This document shows positions 13,021 to 26,325 of a stretch of DNA of 64,000 nucleotides, piece by piece. Origin of the DNA: Chlorokybus atmophyticus (taxonomy: Eukaryota; Plantae; Mesostigma and Chlorokybus algae); contig RHPI01003124.1 of assembly GCA_009103225.1 (NCBI GenBank), forward strand, positions 420,409-484,408, given 5' to 3'. Every line of letters begins with the position of its first letter. Position 1 is the first letter of the stretch. The translations under genes and the position numbers were made by a program. The notes under the pieces are model-generated. The model saw only the letters and a program-made list of their open reading frames with translations, ran no database searches and was not told where the DNA came from.

Positions 13021-13685
13021 TGTAACAGTCGAGGCCAAGTTTCATAGTTTTAGGACGTTTTTTGGCCCATTTATCGAGCACCACGTTTTCATGACTTGTG
13101 GCAGATTTTGGCGAGTTATGAGTCTGCCACGGATATCGACCGGGGCCCCATGACCAGTCCGGAAAGGTGCCAGAAAACGGAGGGCCAGTCGAGAAGGGCT
13201 CGACCAGATTTCTGGAAGGGCCTGGCGCCAAGTAGTATAACTTGACCATATGAGCACCTCATCAGGAGATCTTTGGAGCCTAAGAAAGGTCTAGAAGTAT
13301 ACTACAAGGTTCTGCAAAACATCTTAGCATCTAATTTTGTGTAGCACAGGAATCGTCGTAGATAGTAGCATGTGCAAACTGGTAGGTATAAAAGCGACAT
13401 TCTACAATGTGCAATACAACCTTTGGCTCCCCAATCTCTGGTGTGCAAGCTTGGTGGTGGTTAGCAGGGGTTGCTAGCGTGTGTCCACTGGTGTGTGCCT
13501 GCTTGTGTGACGATCCAAGACGCTACACAAGTCGGTGTGTAGCTTCGAGCGCGTGCGTACGCGAGTGGCGGGGCGCGCGTGTGTGCTTGGCAGAGGGGGC
13601 AAGGTTCCGGTGTGAATACCGTGTCTTGGTGAGAGGGTTGTTGATTGGACCAACTCACAGGTGACAAGGCACGAGCACCGTCACA
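13021..13685 (+). mobile_element. Solo LTR (~665 bp)
   Basis: Starts TGTAACAG and ends CGTCACA (TG..CA), has an internal TATAAAA, has near-TSD flanks CTGTC/CTATC, and is homologous along its length to 47871-48541. Confidence 0.8.
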
Positions 13686-13833
13686 CTATCGTTCAAGCGG
13701 CTTGAACGAAAATCAGTCATGCATGACATGCATCTGGCTGTCAATAGCTTGGCACATGTGACTCTGCTGCTACCTTTGACTTTGCAGTGTTCCCGAGCTT
13801 TGTTAATGATGCTTGGCAACGCTTGACTGCAAC

Positions 13834-16800
13834 ATGGGTCAAAGTCGAGCAATTGCGTCTCAGCAGGGCTGGTTCCTGCTGCTCTGCACGCTTTTACTAC
13901 AGCTAGTAGCTGCTTTCCACTCAGCAGCAGCACAAATGGGTAATGTAAACTGTAACCAACCAACCAACCAACCAACCCTGGAGCCACAACTGGTATGACC
14001 TTCTGTGCAACTCTTCTTTGCCCCGTGTGCACAACCTCTGCAACACTTGCATACTAATGTTTGCTTGCAGTGAGGGCCTCTTCTAGCAGCCAATTGGCCA
14101 CGGCTCTCGGTGATTGTTTGGTCCGGAGGGGAGGTTGTTGTCGTTGCGCATATTATTATAGCTTAGACATCGACAATGCGTTCCATTGTCATTATCAGAG
14201 GAGATCGGCAGCAACCGCAGCGGGTGCTCGGAAGCAGCAGTGGGGGTGCGGTGTTGTCGGTGGTGGTCGCAGCTGGGGACTTCCAGCTTCAGGACCTCCA
14301 GCTTTTTGACGTCAACTTAACAAGGGCGAGTTGTGCATTGTCGTGCTCAGTGTTATTAACAAATAGCTGAAATAGTAGAAGAACTACTTCAAGTAGTTCT
14401 ACGCTAACAAGTTGTTAGCGTAAGTACAACGAGGTGTTATGACGACAGGCTTGACTTATGTGTGCAGGCTTCCTCTGCGGCCATTGTCAGTGCAGGAACA
14501 ATCAGTACTTTATTGTGTTCATTTGTGTATATTCAATCAAGATATGGTAGATTGTTTCTAACAAGTGTGCTGTTTTGCATGTAGCCATGTCTTGTGGCTG
14601 TTACATTGGTTTTGCTTCCTGCAGGGTGACACAGGGGCTGCGGCACTTTACACCTCGGAATTGCGATGCTGGACACATCTGAGTTTTTGTGCAACAGTGC
14701 TGGTGCACCGGTAAGCTGAGGGCATGTGTACATGTCACATTGTGTGATTGGGTGTGTTCGCACCTTTGAGTCAGTGTTCAAGGAATGCATGTCCTTGCGA
14801 TGGTGCACACGAACACAACATGCATTCAATTAGCGAGGTGTATGGACTGTAACTTTGTACAGTGACTGGTGAGAAGTAACTACATGGTGGCAACACACAA
14901 GGTAGTTGAGTTACCCGCATCGCATACTCGGGGCAGCACTCGTGGTTTTCTGCCCCACAATCTGCACGAGTGCATGCATCCGCCACTCAATGTGTGTGCA
15001 ATTGACCGTGTGCATGTTAGGGGAGGTTTTAAGACACAGCTTTGTAGCGGTTACCTCAGCACAATCTGCTAAAAGCTCCATTGACCGGGCAACACTGACC
15101 AGTTGAAACCCTGTATCGTATGGTTCTTACATTAACTTGTTGTGTTATGCTGTAGGCAACCAAAGGTGTTGTCGTCAATGAGGGGCGCATGAAGGTCACT
15201 GGGGGCAATGTCAGCAAATAAGCGCACCTATGGGTGGGGCACTTTGGAACGGCAAATTGTCAGTACAAGACTCGAAGTTTACTGACAATACAGCGTCGGT
15301 AAGTAGGTTAAGACACTCGCATGTCAATGTGTGGAAAGTGCTGACGTTCCACCATCTAACTTCTGGCTTGCTTCACAGTTGGGTGCTTCAGGTGCCATTG
15401 TTACCAATAGCGCAGGCACCCTGACTGTTGACAACAGCAACTTCACCAATAACATTAACAGTGCAAGTCAATCCGCCGGATCATTGTCGCTCAGTGCAAG
15501 TCGCTTTACAAACAACACCCAAGCCCCGGTGAGTAGCAGCTGCGAGCTGTGGCTGCTTCTTTGTAGCTGTCGCACCTCCAGAGCGACAAAAAGCTCATGA
15601 TCATGCCTTGTTGTACTTGCAGATGGGTTCAGGAGTGCATACTGCATGAGGCTGGGCTACCAATTAAAGGTGCACGTTCATTAAAAGTAATGCTTCTTGT
15701 GACCTTGGCGATGGAGCCATTTATTCCAATAGACAGTTGCTAGACCTATTGGGGTCACAGTGCATTTGCAACATTGCGACTCTTGTAAATGTGTACGGAT
15801 TGATGTGTTTACAACAGGGTCCTGTGCACTCAGTCTCCCAGGCTGGCAGTCCCTGCGTCTCTCCGCACTTGTGTCACAGCTTGTAAACTCACTCCATATG
15901 TTGGGTCTTGCTGGGCCGCTCTTGTTGTACAGGATGTGCAAACTCAACTTCGTCACACTACCGATATGCTCTGGCAACGCGATGTTACTCAGAAGAATTC
16001 GTCTTACATTTTTGCCTTTACTGCTGTATTCTTATGCGGGTCACGTCTGTGCTACAGCTTGGAGGTGCTTTATTACTAAAGGATGGCATAGCAAGCATCC
16101 GCCTGTACTTTCCAAACAAATACTGCGTATCAAGGCGGCGCTATCCACAATGACAATACGACGGTCTTGACGGATTGCAGTTTCACGGAAAACAATGCCT
16201 TAAATGTGGGTTTGGTTGCATCTTGTTGTACATGTGCGAATTTATGATAGCACCTTATGACAGTGCTTTACAGGCTGGAGGTGCTTTTGTGGGGCAATTC
16301 AATTCAATAATTGTGCGCTGTACTTTTATTAGCAATGCCTGCACTGACTTTTATGGTGGCGCAGTGTACTACTTATAAGAACCCGCGACCAACATCACCG
16401 ACACTACCTTCAGGCACAATCGAGCCAATGCTGTAAGTCTATTGATCTGAGTGGCCGCAAGCGATGGCAAGAATTCATGTCTTATGTTGTAACAGCATTA
16501 GCGGCTGCTACCACTGACGTTGATTGTGCTAGCAGGGTGAAGGTGCAGTTTCCTTCGTTTCAAGCACCTGTAACATGAACAATGCCACTTTTGTCAACAA
16601 TACAACTGTGATAAGTGCAACTACCAGGTGATACTGCTTGGGTTAGGCTCACGAGCGCTCGTTCCTGTTGTATGCATGTTTCAACCAACACGCTTGCACA
16701 TATGACAACCGGTCTGCGGTTCTCGAGGATTGCATTCGCAATGGAGATTAAGAGCAAGTCAAGCAGTGCAAAGCCGGGTAAGCTTAGCATCTCAGCCTGC

Positions 16801-17340
16801 ACGTGCTTGAATGAAAGTTGCGACTCAGGTGAACTCCATGCTTTTTCCCTGGGCAGCTGGCATCCGTTACCATTCAGGTTGTGTTTGTAGACACGCTTAC
16901 TCAATCTTTTGAGTGAATTTGCGCAGCTATGCAGGCAATCTTTGCGGGGTATGCAGTGACGGTTGGGAACCCAGCGGCGGAAGAAACTACATCCTATGCA
17001 AGAGGTGCAGCGCCAAAATTGTGAACGCCCCGCATACACAGGCGTTACTCTGATCACTTTGGTCGCAATCATAATCATCACAAAGGTAAGACTGTAGTTT
17101 CGGCTACGGTGGCATGCTGTAAACACGGCTTTGGAACTTTGTCATACGACCATTGATAACAAGCAGGCCGCGCTGACCACGGAGCTGGATGCTACACCTG
17201 ATGAGCACGGCTGCATCCCGCTCAGTCAAGCCATTCACTCCATGTGCAATGTTGGTGGTCTGTCGCGGCAACATGTTCTGTATCGCTTTTCGGTGTGTGG
17301 CACACCGTATGCATGTGGTTGGACAGTGTCTGACCGCTAG
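13834..17340 (+). pseudogene. Secreted right-handed beta-helix (PMP/pectin-lyase-like repeat) protein, degenerate
   Basis: Signal-like GWFLLLCTLLLQLVAAF, then GGA(I/L)/FxxN repeats (GGALWN...FTDN, GGAIHNDN...FTENNA, GGAF...FISN, YGGAVYYL*...FRHN). Contains an in-frame TAA and frameshifts. Confidence 0.6.
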
Positions 17341-18525
17341 CAACTCTGCAGGTTATTGTCACATATATACAAGTGACATCGATTGCCTTTGGCGTGTCAT
17401 TTAACTTTTCTGAGATTGTACATACGGCTGTGACGGTTTTATCCTCAGCATCTTGCCTCGTGATATGCACTTTCATAAGGAGACATGTGACACATTACAA
17501 AGTGTGCGCACAATACCCGAATGTGAACTTCATGTTCCTGTGCCAGCGTCAACGCAAGTGATCTTTGCTCACTGAGTATTCATTGACGCTTGAATGACTA
17601 TTGCCACCGGATTCTCAAATAAGAAGTGCACACTACACGACATGACGAACTGGAGACCGTGTGCAAGGAGGAATTGTACACTGGCCTGCCAAATGTGTCA
17701 TTGGCGGGTGGCACGCGTCAACACTTACTTACTGTGTGTACACAACTGTACACGTCCACACCCACATCCGCACTTGCAAACCACAGTGTGCACACAACCA
17801 CGCGCAGGCACACACACATGCAGGGGGCATAGCAGTCGAGTCAGCAGTGATGCTGGTGGCGTGGGCATCGCTGACACCTTTCCTCGCGGTGTTGGCAGGT
17901 GACCTGCTGCTACCCGTGCCATCGCCTTCCCCCTTCCCTTGCCCACCTCAACCCCCCCGCTCCCTCTGGTCTAGCAGCAGCTCACTTGGCTAAGCTTAGC
18001 GAGCCCCCACCCAGTCTGTGATAGGTGTGCTGCTGTATGGTGTGGTTGATTGATTGATTGCTGGTTGTCATGTCAATGCAACTTGCTGTGCGATCCTACC
18101 TGGCCCCTGCTGTTCTCTCAACAGCCATCAGTTGTACCGCTGTGCAGGTCGTGTTGTGTCGGGCAGACATGGTAACTCTCGTCACAATAGAAAACAGATA
18201 TAGCGAGTGATCGAATGGCACAACAGTCATTTGCTCGCTAACGCTACAGACGAGAGAGCTGAAGCCTAAACCAGGGCATAAGTGATATAATACACAACTA
18301 ACGCGGCTCGTCTGCTGCTGCCCACGCAGGCTCGCCATTATTAAAGCAAAACCGAAATCTTACTGGCTAGCAAGCGAATCAGTGAACAATCCTAAATCTA
18401 TGGAAAATTCTCCTCCTGAATTCTCTGCCCCTGTTCTCTCCTTTGGTGCTCTGTACAGTGTGGGTATGTGCATGTGTGTGCACGCTCACCCGCGCCGGGT
18501 ATTGTCCACTTCACTACGTGTCTCT

Positions 18526-21500
18526 CTACACGCGATAAGGAGGGGGCTGCGTGTACGTCTGCGCGTACGTCATGTCGCTCGGCGTGTTGGGTCCTGGTGA
18601 CGACCCTGATGCGGGCGGTGGCGCGTGCACGCCATCACGCCCTTGATGTTGGTGTTGTTGTTGTGATGGAGGGGGAGGAGCGGTCGGGTTGGCCTTCATG
18701 GGCGCCGCGGGCTTGTTGGGCACGATCCCTCTCGATTGCATGTAAGAAAGAAACTGGCCAGGCAACTCTGCTAACAGATCGCTTGCGAGCATTACTGACG
18801 TTTGTGTCGCGTCATCAAAATCTGCACACGCGGGTAAGTGGTAAGCAATCGTGCGTTGGATGAGTGCTGAGAGGGTGGTGCATTGCACGATGATGCGTAC
18901 TTGTGCTCATGTACTTGTTGAAGGCCACGAACTGCACGATGTCGCGCGCGGCGGTGCGGCCGCCGATGGAGAGAAGGTGCTTGTCGCCGTCGAGCACCTG
19001 CTGCGGAAGCGCAGAGGTGTAATCAGGCGCCACACACACGCACGTACACACTCGTGTGCAGCAAATTGATTTGCTATGCACGCACGCACACATGCATGCG
19101 TGCGTGCGTGCATAGCAACGCACACGCAAACACCCTCGCGCACAATCGCACACGCACATGCACACGCTGACGTGCGCACACACCGTTGAAAACACATACG
19201 CACGCACGCACGCATCACCACGCAGACACACGGTCCCCACCTCCATGTTGGTGAACTCCGAGTTGCCCACCCCGACGATCAGCACCGACAGCGGCAGTCC
19301 CGAGGCCTCGATCAGCGCGTTGACCGTGTTGTCCATGTCGAGTATCTCCCCGTCCGTGATGATGAGGAGGACGAAGTACTTCTGCCTCTCCTGCGAGACG
19401 AACGCGGAGGCGATGGAGGCCGCGGTGGAGACCAGGGGGGCGAAGAGGGTGGGACCGGAGAGGGTCATTACACGTAAAGCTTGGGAGTAGGCGGACAGGA
19501 TGCCGTCCACGCCGTTCACCTGAAAGGAATGTGTTTCAACTTATGTGTGTACGAGTGCATGCGGGCGGGAGGCATGTCTGATGTGTCGGTGCAGGCGCGC
19601 TCGCGCGTGCGTGTGCGAGTGGCATAGACGACATACCAACCTCTGGGTTGTATGCGCTGCCGTTGAGGGCGAAGCAGTGCGAGACCGGGTTGGGCGCCTG
19701 CCTCGCGCCGAACCCCCACGCGGAGAACTGCTTGTCCGTGTCGTAGAACGCAACCACGTCACCCACAGCGCGGATGGCCTGAAACAGAAAAGTATGCGTT
19801 ACGAGGCCAATCAAACGTGTACTGTAACAAGCGTTATTGTATCACACACACATGCACACGCATGCACACGCGCACGCAAACGCACGAAAACGCTACCTTC
19901 TGGTACACGTTGGGTGTTGATCCGCCGGCGAAATGCAGCGAAGTTGGGTCGCGCGGGTCACCATTGGACGCTGTGTATAGGATGGTTTCACTCAAGAGCA
20001 TCGCGTTGGAGGGATGCATGCGCGTGTATGTGTGATCGCCATGCGTACGCGTGTGATGACGACGACTGACCCGTGAAGTCGATGGCGACCATGAAGCTCA
20101 GCTCGCACCCGCCCATGATGTAGTCCAGAAAGGAGTGGCGCGGGGTCAGCGTGCACGCAGCCACAAACAACTGCCCGCTACTACTCTGCGCATACCATAA
20201 AGCGCATGCGTGACAACATCAACACAATGCAGCTGTTGGAGGTTTCGAGCACTTGTTTTAATACACACCACGCTGTTTGGGCCTGCGGCGGCCTTCTTTG
20301 CGGGGTGGTAGAGGGAGATCGCGCCGCCCGAGGCCGCCAGCTGCTTCATGTCGTTGAAGGAGGCTTGCGCTTCGCTGCGGACATACCAACATCATATCAC
20401 TCACTCGGTATGAACTCGCTCGCTGCTTATCGCACTAGCACAGTGTGGTTGTGCATCCACGCACACGTGCTCACCCTATGAGATCGTGTCGGCCGGCGCG
20501 GTCCCAGTCAAGCACCTCCAGGATGAGCGGCCGATCCTGCATAGCAAACACATACGAATGTTGTGCAACAGCTCGTCCCCCCACAAAGACCACAACCAGG
20601 TCACTTCAGCAGCAGAGACACACCCACGCACACATGGCCTACGCACAGCGTCCCGCTTACCGGGTCCGCGTTGCACAGCTGCTGCAGCGTGATCTGTACG
20701 GGTGCCCACACGGGCGCGAGCGTGTTGTGCTTCACCTCCGTCTTGTACACCGTGAGCCTCGACCCGTCTTCCCTCGTCCGCCACACCCGCAGGTACGGAT
20801 CCTACGAGGAGCGTGTTATCATCATCACTTGTTGTGCACAACAACCCACACTCCCCGACTCACGCTCTTCCCGAACGTGTCCTTCTTGTCGAGGTTCTGT
20901 CCCCGCATGGTGAGCGTGATGAGGGCGTTGGTGTTGGCGATCTCCTCCGCGCGCACCGTCACCTCCGCGCCAGGGGCTAACGACACGCTGCTCTTCAGAG
21001 TCACGAGGGGACGAGAAAGACGCTGCTGACGACCAGTGATCACCTGAGTGTGTGTGTGTGTGTGTGTGTGTGTATGCGCGCGCACAGGTACCGATGTGCA
21101 TGTGTGCGCTTGCTATGTATGCATACATACCTCTGTGTACATGCATGCATGCACACATGCATGCGTGAGATATGACGTGAGGTTTGGTCCATAACAGCCT
21201 CGACACTGGCTTCTGTGTTGCCCTCACCTCCGACAGCAAGAACTGCGCCTCGCCCAAGAAGTCCTGCCTCGACAGCTCCAACTCCTACAAACACCCACTC
21301 CACTCAATCAACACCACGCATGTGCGCACTCGCTTCCCACCTTTGTGTTCTTGTGGTCGAACCGCGTGTCGACGTCGAATATCTGTATGCGTACTGGCTG
21401 CAGCTCCTCGAACGAGTACAGCACGCGTATCTGCTTGACGAAGCTCGGGTGGTGCGAGTTGGACACGACCTCCGTGCGACCAACCTCCGTCCACGCCGTG

Positions 21501-22373
21501 CCGTTCGAAGACATCATGCTCACAACAGCCATCGGATCCGACTACAACAACACGTTTGGTGACTATGTTTGCTTCATACAAGTTGGCAGTGGTATGACAC
21601 ATGCAGGTGTGGGGATGTGTGCGCATGCATGCGTGCCAGCGCGCGTGTACGTGTGCGCGTGTGTAGGCACACACACGTGCATGCTCATGTGCGTGTGTGT
21701 TTGTGTGTGCGAGCTCACCTTTGAGAAGACATCCCGGTCGCGCAGTCTCGAGCACGACACCGACAGCTGTCACGCAACCATAAGTCAAACATACAGGACC
21801 CAACACATGCACAGCTAGGCTGTGATGAGTCGCAGTGTTACCCAACCGTGGTGACATTCCTTGCCTGCATGCATGCGCAGTCTGATTGACATGCTAGACC
21901 ACATGTGTGCGAATGAAAGGGGTGCGCAATGCCACATTGCACTGCCTACCACACCACACCACCCCAACGGTGCAACCACACCACTCAACGCCAGAGCATG
22001 TCAAGCCTATGCAAACTTGTCACAATGGCGCCGCAGCCGCTCCTGACAAAGAGAGAAAGCCTACAACCAGCTGTTGCTCGCATTGCTCAGATCGCCTGTT
22101 GTTCGCACTCTGGCAACGGTGTGTGTACTCCAACACTCCTTTGCCCCCCGAGCAAGCAAACCAGAGTGTAGAGACAGGTGTTGTACTATCGATATCATCA
22201 TCAATGCGTGTCCCCTCAATCACCTCAATCTGCGACCAGAGCCCCCCCCGCTGGTTCCCGATAGCCGCCACCGCCTCCGAGGCGTCCGCCGCGTTCTGGG
22301 TGGAGACGGCGTCCACGCCCACCACGCCGCCCACGGCGTGGTCGCCCTTGCCGGCGGAGAAACAACCGCCCAT
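18526..22373 (-). CDS. BON1: Copine, BONZAI-like (C2-C2-vWA), multi-exon
   Basis: N-terminus MGGCFS (myristoylation/palmitoylation), LRDRDVFSKSDP, FMVAIDFT, the vWA motif YFVLLIITDG, LPLSVLIVGVG, RDIVQFV and LAELPGQF. GT-AG introns. The symbol denotes the BON family, not proven one-to-one orthology. Confidence 0.92.
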
Positions 22374-23053
22374 TGGAAGGGAGAGGCACGCACCAAGATC
22401 CAGCACTATGATAGCATTGACAGAGAACAACCCCCCTGCTCCTCCTCCTCCTCCGCCTCTTTCTCCGCTTCCGCCTTGCTCAACAGCTAAACCCACCCCT
22501 TGCTGCTGGCGTGTTCCCTCACCGCCCCTCTCCTTTTGCTCCTCATGTCTCTCGCTCTCCCTCGCCCCGGAGGACCCTGAGGACCAAGAACCTCTCCCAC
22601 TCCGTCCCTCCGCCGCCGCCCCCTTCCTCCTCGTCCTCCCTGCGGTTGTCCCGCTCCGTGCTGCGGCGGCGGCAACACGTTGGAGGGAATTGCTAAGCCA
22701 AGGCGTTTGAATGATGAATGGCAAATAAATATCGAGTGCAAAGTGAAGAGCGTGACGCCAACGGATCAGTCGTGACGCTAACGTTCACGCTGGCTGCAGG
22801 GCCCCATTTAGTGTTGGTTGTCGCCATCAGCACATACGTTGTTGTCACTAACGCTGGCCATAACCAACGTCACACTTTATCTGTCACGACCCATGGCTCG
22901 ATGTCTCATCATGCGGAGTTTTTTGTCGTCATGTGAGTCGTCGTAAAATGACGAAGCCATAAGGCAGTCCTTTCAGCAAGCCAAAGTGCTTACCCAACCA
23001 AAAACTAATTTACAATGTCATATTGTTTTAGTTTTTGCATAGCAATGCAAGTT

Positions 23054-23125
23054 GGGTCACTGGTCTAGTGGTATGATTCTTGCTTAGGGTGCAAGAGGTC
23101 CCGGGTTCAATTCCCGGGTGACCCC
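23054..23125 (+). tRNA. tRNA-Pro (anticodon AGG)
   Basis: Acceptor stem GGGTCAC/GTGACCC, anticodon arm CTTGC-TTAGGGT-GCAAG, T-arm CCGGG-TTCAATT-CCCGG, A and B boxes. Confidence 0.97.
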
Positions 23126-23138
23126 TCGAATGCTGCTG

Positions 23139-23144
23139 TTTTTT
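23139..23144 (+). terminator. Pol III T-run terminator of tRNA-Pro
   Basis: TTTTTT 14 nt downstream of the tRNA. Confidence 0.75.
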
Positions 23145-23296
23145 CTTCGTTGCCGTCATTCACTAACTTTTGGGCGGGAAACAGTACGATGTTTGGGCTG
23201 TGCTCTCCAACGGCGGCGGCGACAACACATAGGAGGACGGCGATGACGAGGACAAGCGATCGATGGACACACTGCACGCAGCCATCCGTTTAAGCC

Positions 23297-23571
23297 ATGG
23301 TCACCCCGTCACCAACCCCGCCCTCCGGATCTTCTTCCTCCTTCCGCAGTCGTCCCAACCCGCTGAAGGTGCAGTCAGTGTACAACGAGCACATCGTCGT
23401 GGCGGAGCAGCAGGGGGAGGTCAAGGAGGAGGAGAATGGCGACCATGCCGCCGCCGTTGCTGAAACCACCGTGCTGGAGCTCGTCGGGGCCGGCGGACCG
23501 ACCACGGACCTGCGCTACATGTACGACAGGCTAGCAGACAAGGTGGGTGCCATATGGCCAGGTGGTCATGG

Positions 23572-23606
<35 letters not shown>

Positions 23607-24704
23607 CACAGGTGGTACACACTGCAGGTGAGTGTGATCGAGGAGAGGATTCTGGCGTTTGCGCAGCTGCTGGCTGAGCACGAGCGTGTGGAGTCGTTCC
23701 ACCCCGTCTACGCGGCGGCGCAGGTGAACATGGCACGGCACTTCACGCATGCACATACAATGTCCAAATGCACCTGCACCTGCACACATGGGAGTAGATG
23801 GGAATTATAATACGAGATGTCGTGTTGCAGTGCATGCACAAACGTGCACGCATACATGCATACGCACGTGCGCACTTGCACCTCCGTTTGTCCACAGCTC
23901 TGCCACTTCAGGAGCCTGTTTACGTGGTTGGTCGCATCTGCTGCGACAGCGAGGGCCGACTGAATGAAAAGTCCGTGCTACTCGAGGGCAGGTGAAGAGC
24001 ACACATTAACGCACGATGGAGCCAAAGCGTTAGTCCTATGTGCGTGCGTGCGTGTGCGCAGGCGCACATCTGCAGGCATGCATACGAGTGTGTGCGACTG
24101 CGTGCATGCGTGCATGCATTGATGTCACATGTCCATTTAGCATCTTGACATGTTTGTGGCAATGCCAAACGTGCAGCATGCGACACTCGGGTGGCTCCCG
24201 TGTGAGGATAGAGCTGAAGGAGCTCCCGCAGTATTCACTCTTCCCCGGCCAGGTACGAGCAAGGAAGATCCCTCTTGTCCCACCTCGTGCATCACGCGAA
24301 CAACGTTGGATTCAAAAACATACGCACGCACGCACGCACGCACGCACATCTCACACTGCGCTCACGTCTTTGAGTAGGTGGTTGGGATGCTTGGTGTCAA
24401 CCCGAGCGGCTTCTGCTTCGTCCCCTCCAAACTGTTCGCCGCCATGCCGCCCCACGCCGACCAACAACACCACCAGCCACCACCAGCCACCCCATCCAGA
24501 CCCCTCTCCATGGTACGCATGTCACTCTCGAGTCGAGTTGCATCCAACAACACATGGCAACATCGCCAACCACGGTTAAACTCCTGGCCAGGTTGTGGCG
24601 GCGGGTCCGTACACGACGCGCGACAACATGTTGTACGAGCCTCTGGCGGAGCTGCTGGACTACGTGCAGAGGGCGAAACCAGACTTGCTGCTTATGGTAG
24701 AGAG

Positions 24705-24747
<43 letters not shown>

Positions 24748-26325
24748 CTGTCTCTCTCAGTGTTGGGTGGGTGTTGACTCCTTATTCAATGTGCAGATGG
24801 GGCCGTTTGTGGACAGCGAGCACCCGCAGGTCAAGGCAGGCACGATGGAAGAGACGTTCGAGGAAGTGTGGCGGCAACAGGTCGAGCAGAGGGTGAGAGT
24901 GCATGTTGGCACGTGCGCGCGAGTGAGTGTGAGTTGCACGAGTGGCGTGTAACCAACCACTTGGGTGTGAGTGTTGCGTGCCTTGTGTCAGGTGGAGAGG
25001 TTCTGCAGCGGGGTGGGTGGCAGCGAGACGTGTGTGGCGATGGTGCCTTCCACACGGGACACTCATCACGTCATGGTGTTTCCTCAGGTGTGTACATGGG
25101 AGATGTGGCAATATACTACAACTGGTCCAGAGTATCAACACACAGCAGCGTATTCATCATCTCACATTTTGCACATGTGGCAGCCACCCTTTGAAGACAA
25201 TCAAGAATTGTCTGGCCGAGTGAGTATCTGCGCGTGAGACTCACAGGGGAAGGATGTTGACACTAGCGCACATGTATAAACACAGTCTGTTCTTGATCTT
25301 GCAGGTTGCAAAGCTGCCAAACCCGGTCACCTTCATCTGCAATGAGGTACATGTGCGCGTGTAAGCTCGTGACACATGCACGCACATGTGTACCTGTGCG
25401 GGCATGCGTGCGTGCTGCGGGAGCGTGTATAGATGTACATGGTCGTGCGTGAGACTGCGAGTGTGAGATACTTGTTGAAGTGATGTTTTCATGTCACACG
25501 CTGGATGCACAAGTGGTAATCTCTACAAAACCCACCCTCTCTTTTGTCTCAGGTTGCGATTGGCTGCAGCACGACGGATATCCTCAAGCACCTTGCAGCA
25601 GAGGAGATCTGCCGCACGTCAACAACAACAACTGCAGCAGGTGGAGCCGAGGCGAGCGACAGGATGGCGAGGCTGGCCGCGCACACCATCAGCCAGAGGA
25701 GGTGAGGACTCGTGTGCACTTCACAGCGTCAAGGTACTGATGGTTGTGTGTGTGTGTGTGCGCGTGCGCGTGTGCAGTTATTACCCACTATATCCGCCTG
25801 CACTCGGGACAGTTTTGGATACCAGCCGGCACATGACAGATATCGCCATGCCGATCTTGCCAGATATCTTGGTCTTGCCTTCGGATCTCGCGCCTTTCGT
25901 GAAGGTTAGCAGCATGTTGTGTAGAATGTTCTTTTGCATGCTGTGTCATTGCACACACATCCTGCTTGATGTTGATGCGTATGCTTTAGGCGCTGCCGCC
26001 AGCTGCTTTCAGCAGTCCGGAAAGGCCCGTTGAAGCAGGCAACACCCATGCGCGTGATGAGGACGGCAATGACGTGAGGATGCAAGATGAAACTACAACA
26101 AGTGGGCAGTCTGAGACCCCACAGCCAGAACAACAATTATCAGCAACAACAGCCAGGTTGCATCCTGTGCTGTGCATCAACCCGGGCCGGCTGGCGAAAG
26201 CGTCTGCGGGGGGCACTTTCGTGCATTGCCACATCCACAATACGCATGTTCAGACGAGTAGTAGTGGTGCTGATCAGCGGCAGAGTGTAGCGGACTGTAC
26301 ACGCGTTGAGATCACCCGCATATGA
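23297..26325 (+). CDS. POLA2: DNA polymerase alpha subunit B (p70), multi-exon
   Basis: RYMYDRL, VVGRICCDSEGRLNEKSVLLEG, YSLFPGQV, AAGPYTT, MGPFVD, LPNPVTF, YYPLYPP, PDILVLPSDLAPFVK, LCINPGRLAKASAGGTF. Stop TGA at 26323-26325. Confidence 0.93.

Noticed and set aside
17594-18000. Small exon-like peptides (HDELETVCKEELYTG; VMLVAWASLTPFLAVL)
   Set aside because: They could not be linked into a gene or assigned to a family.
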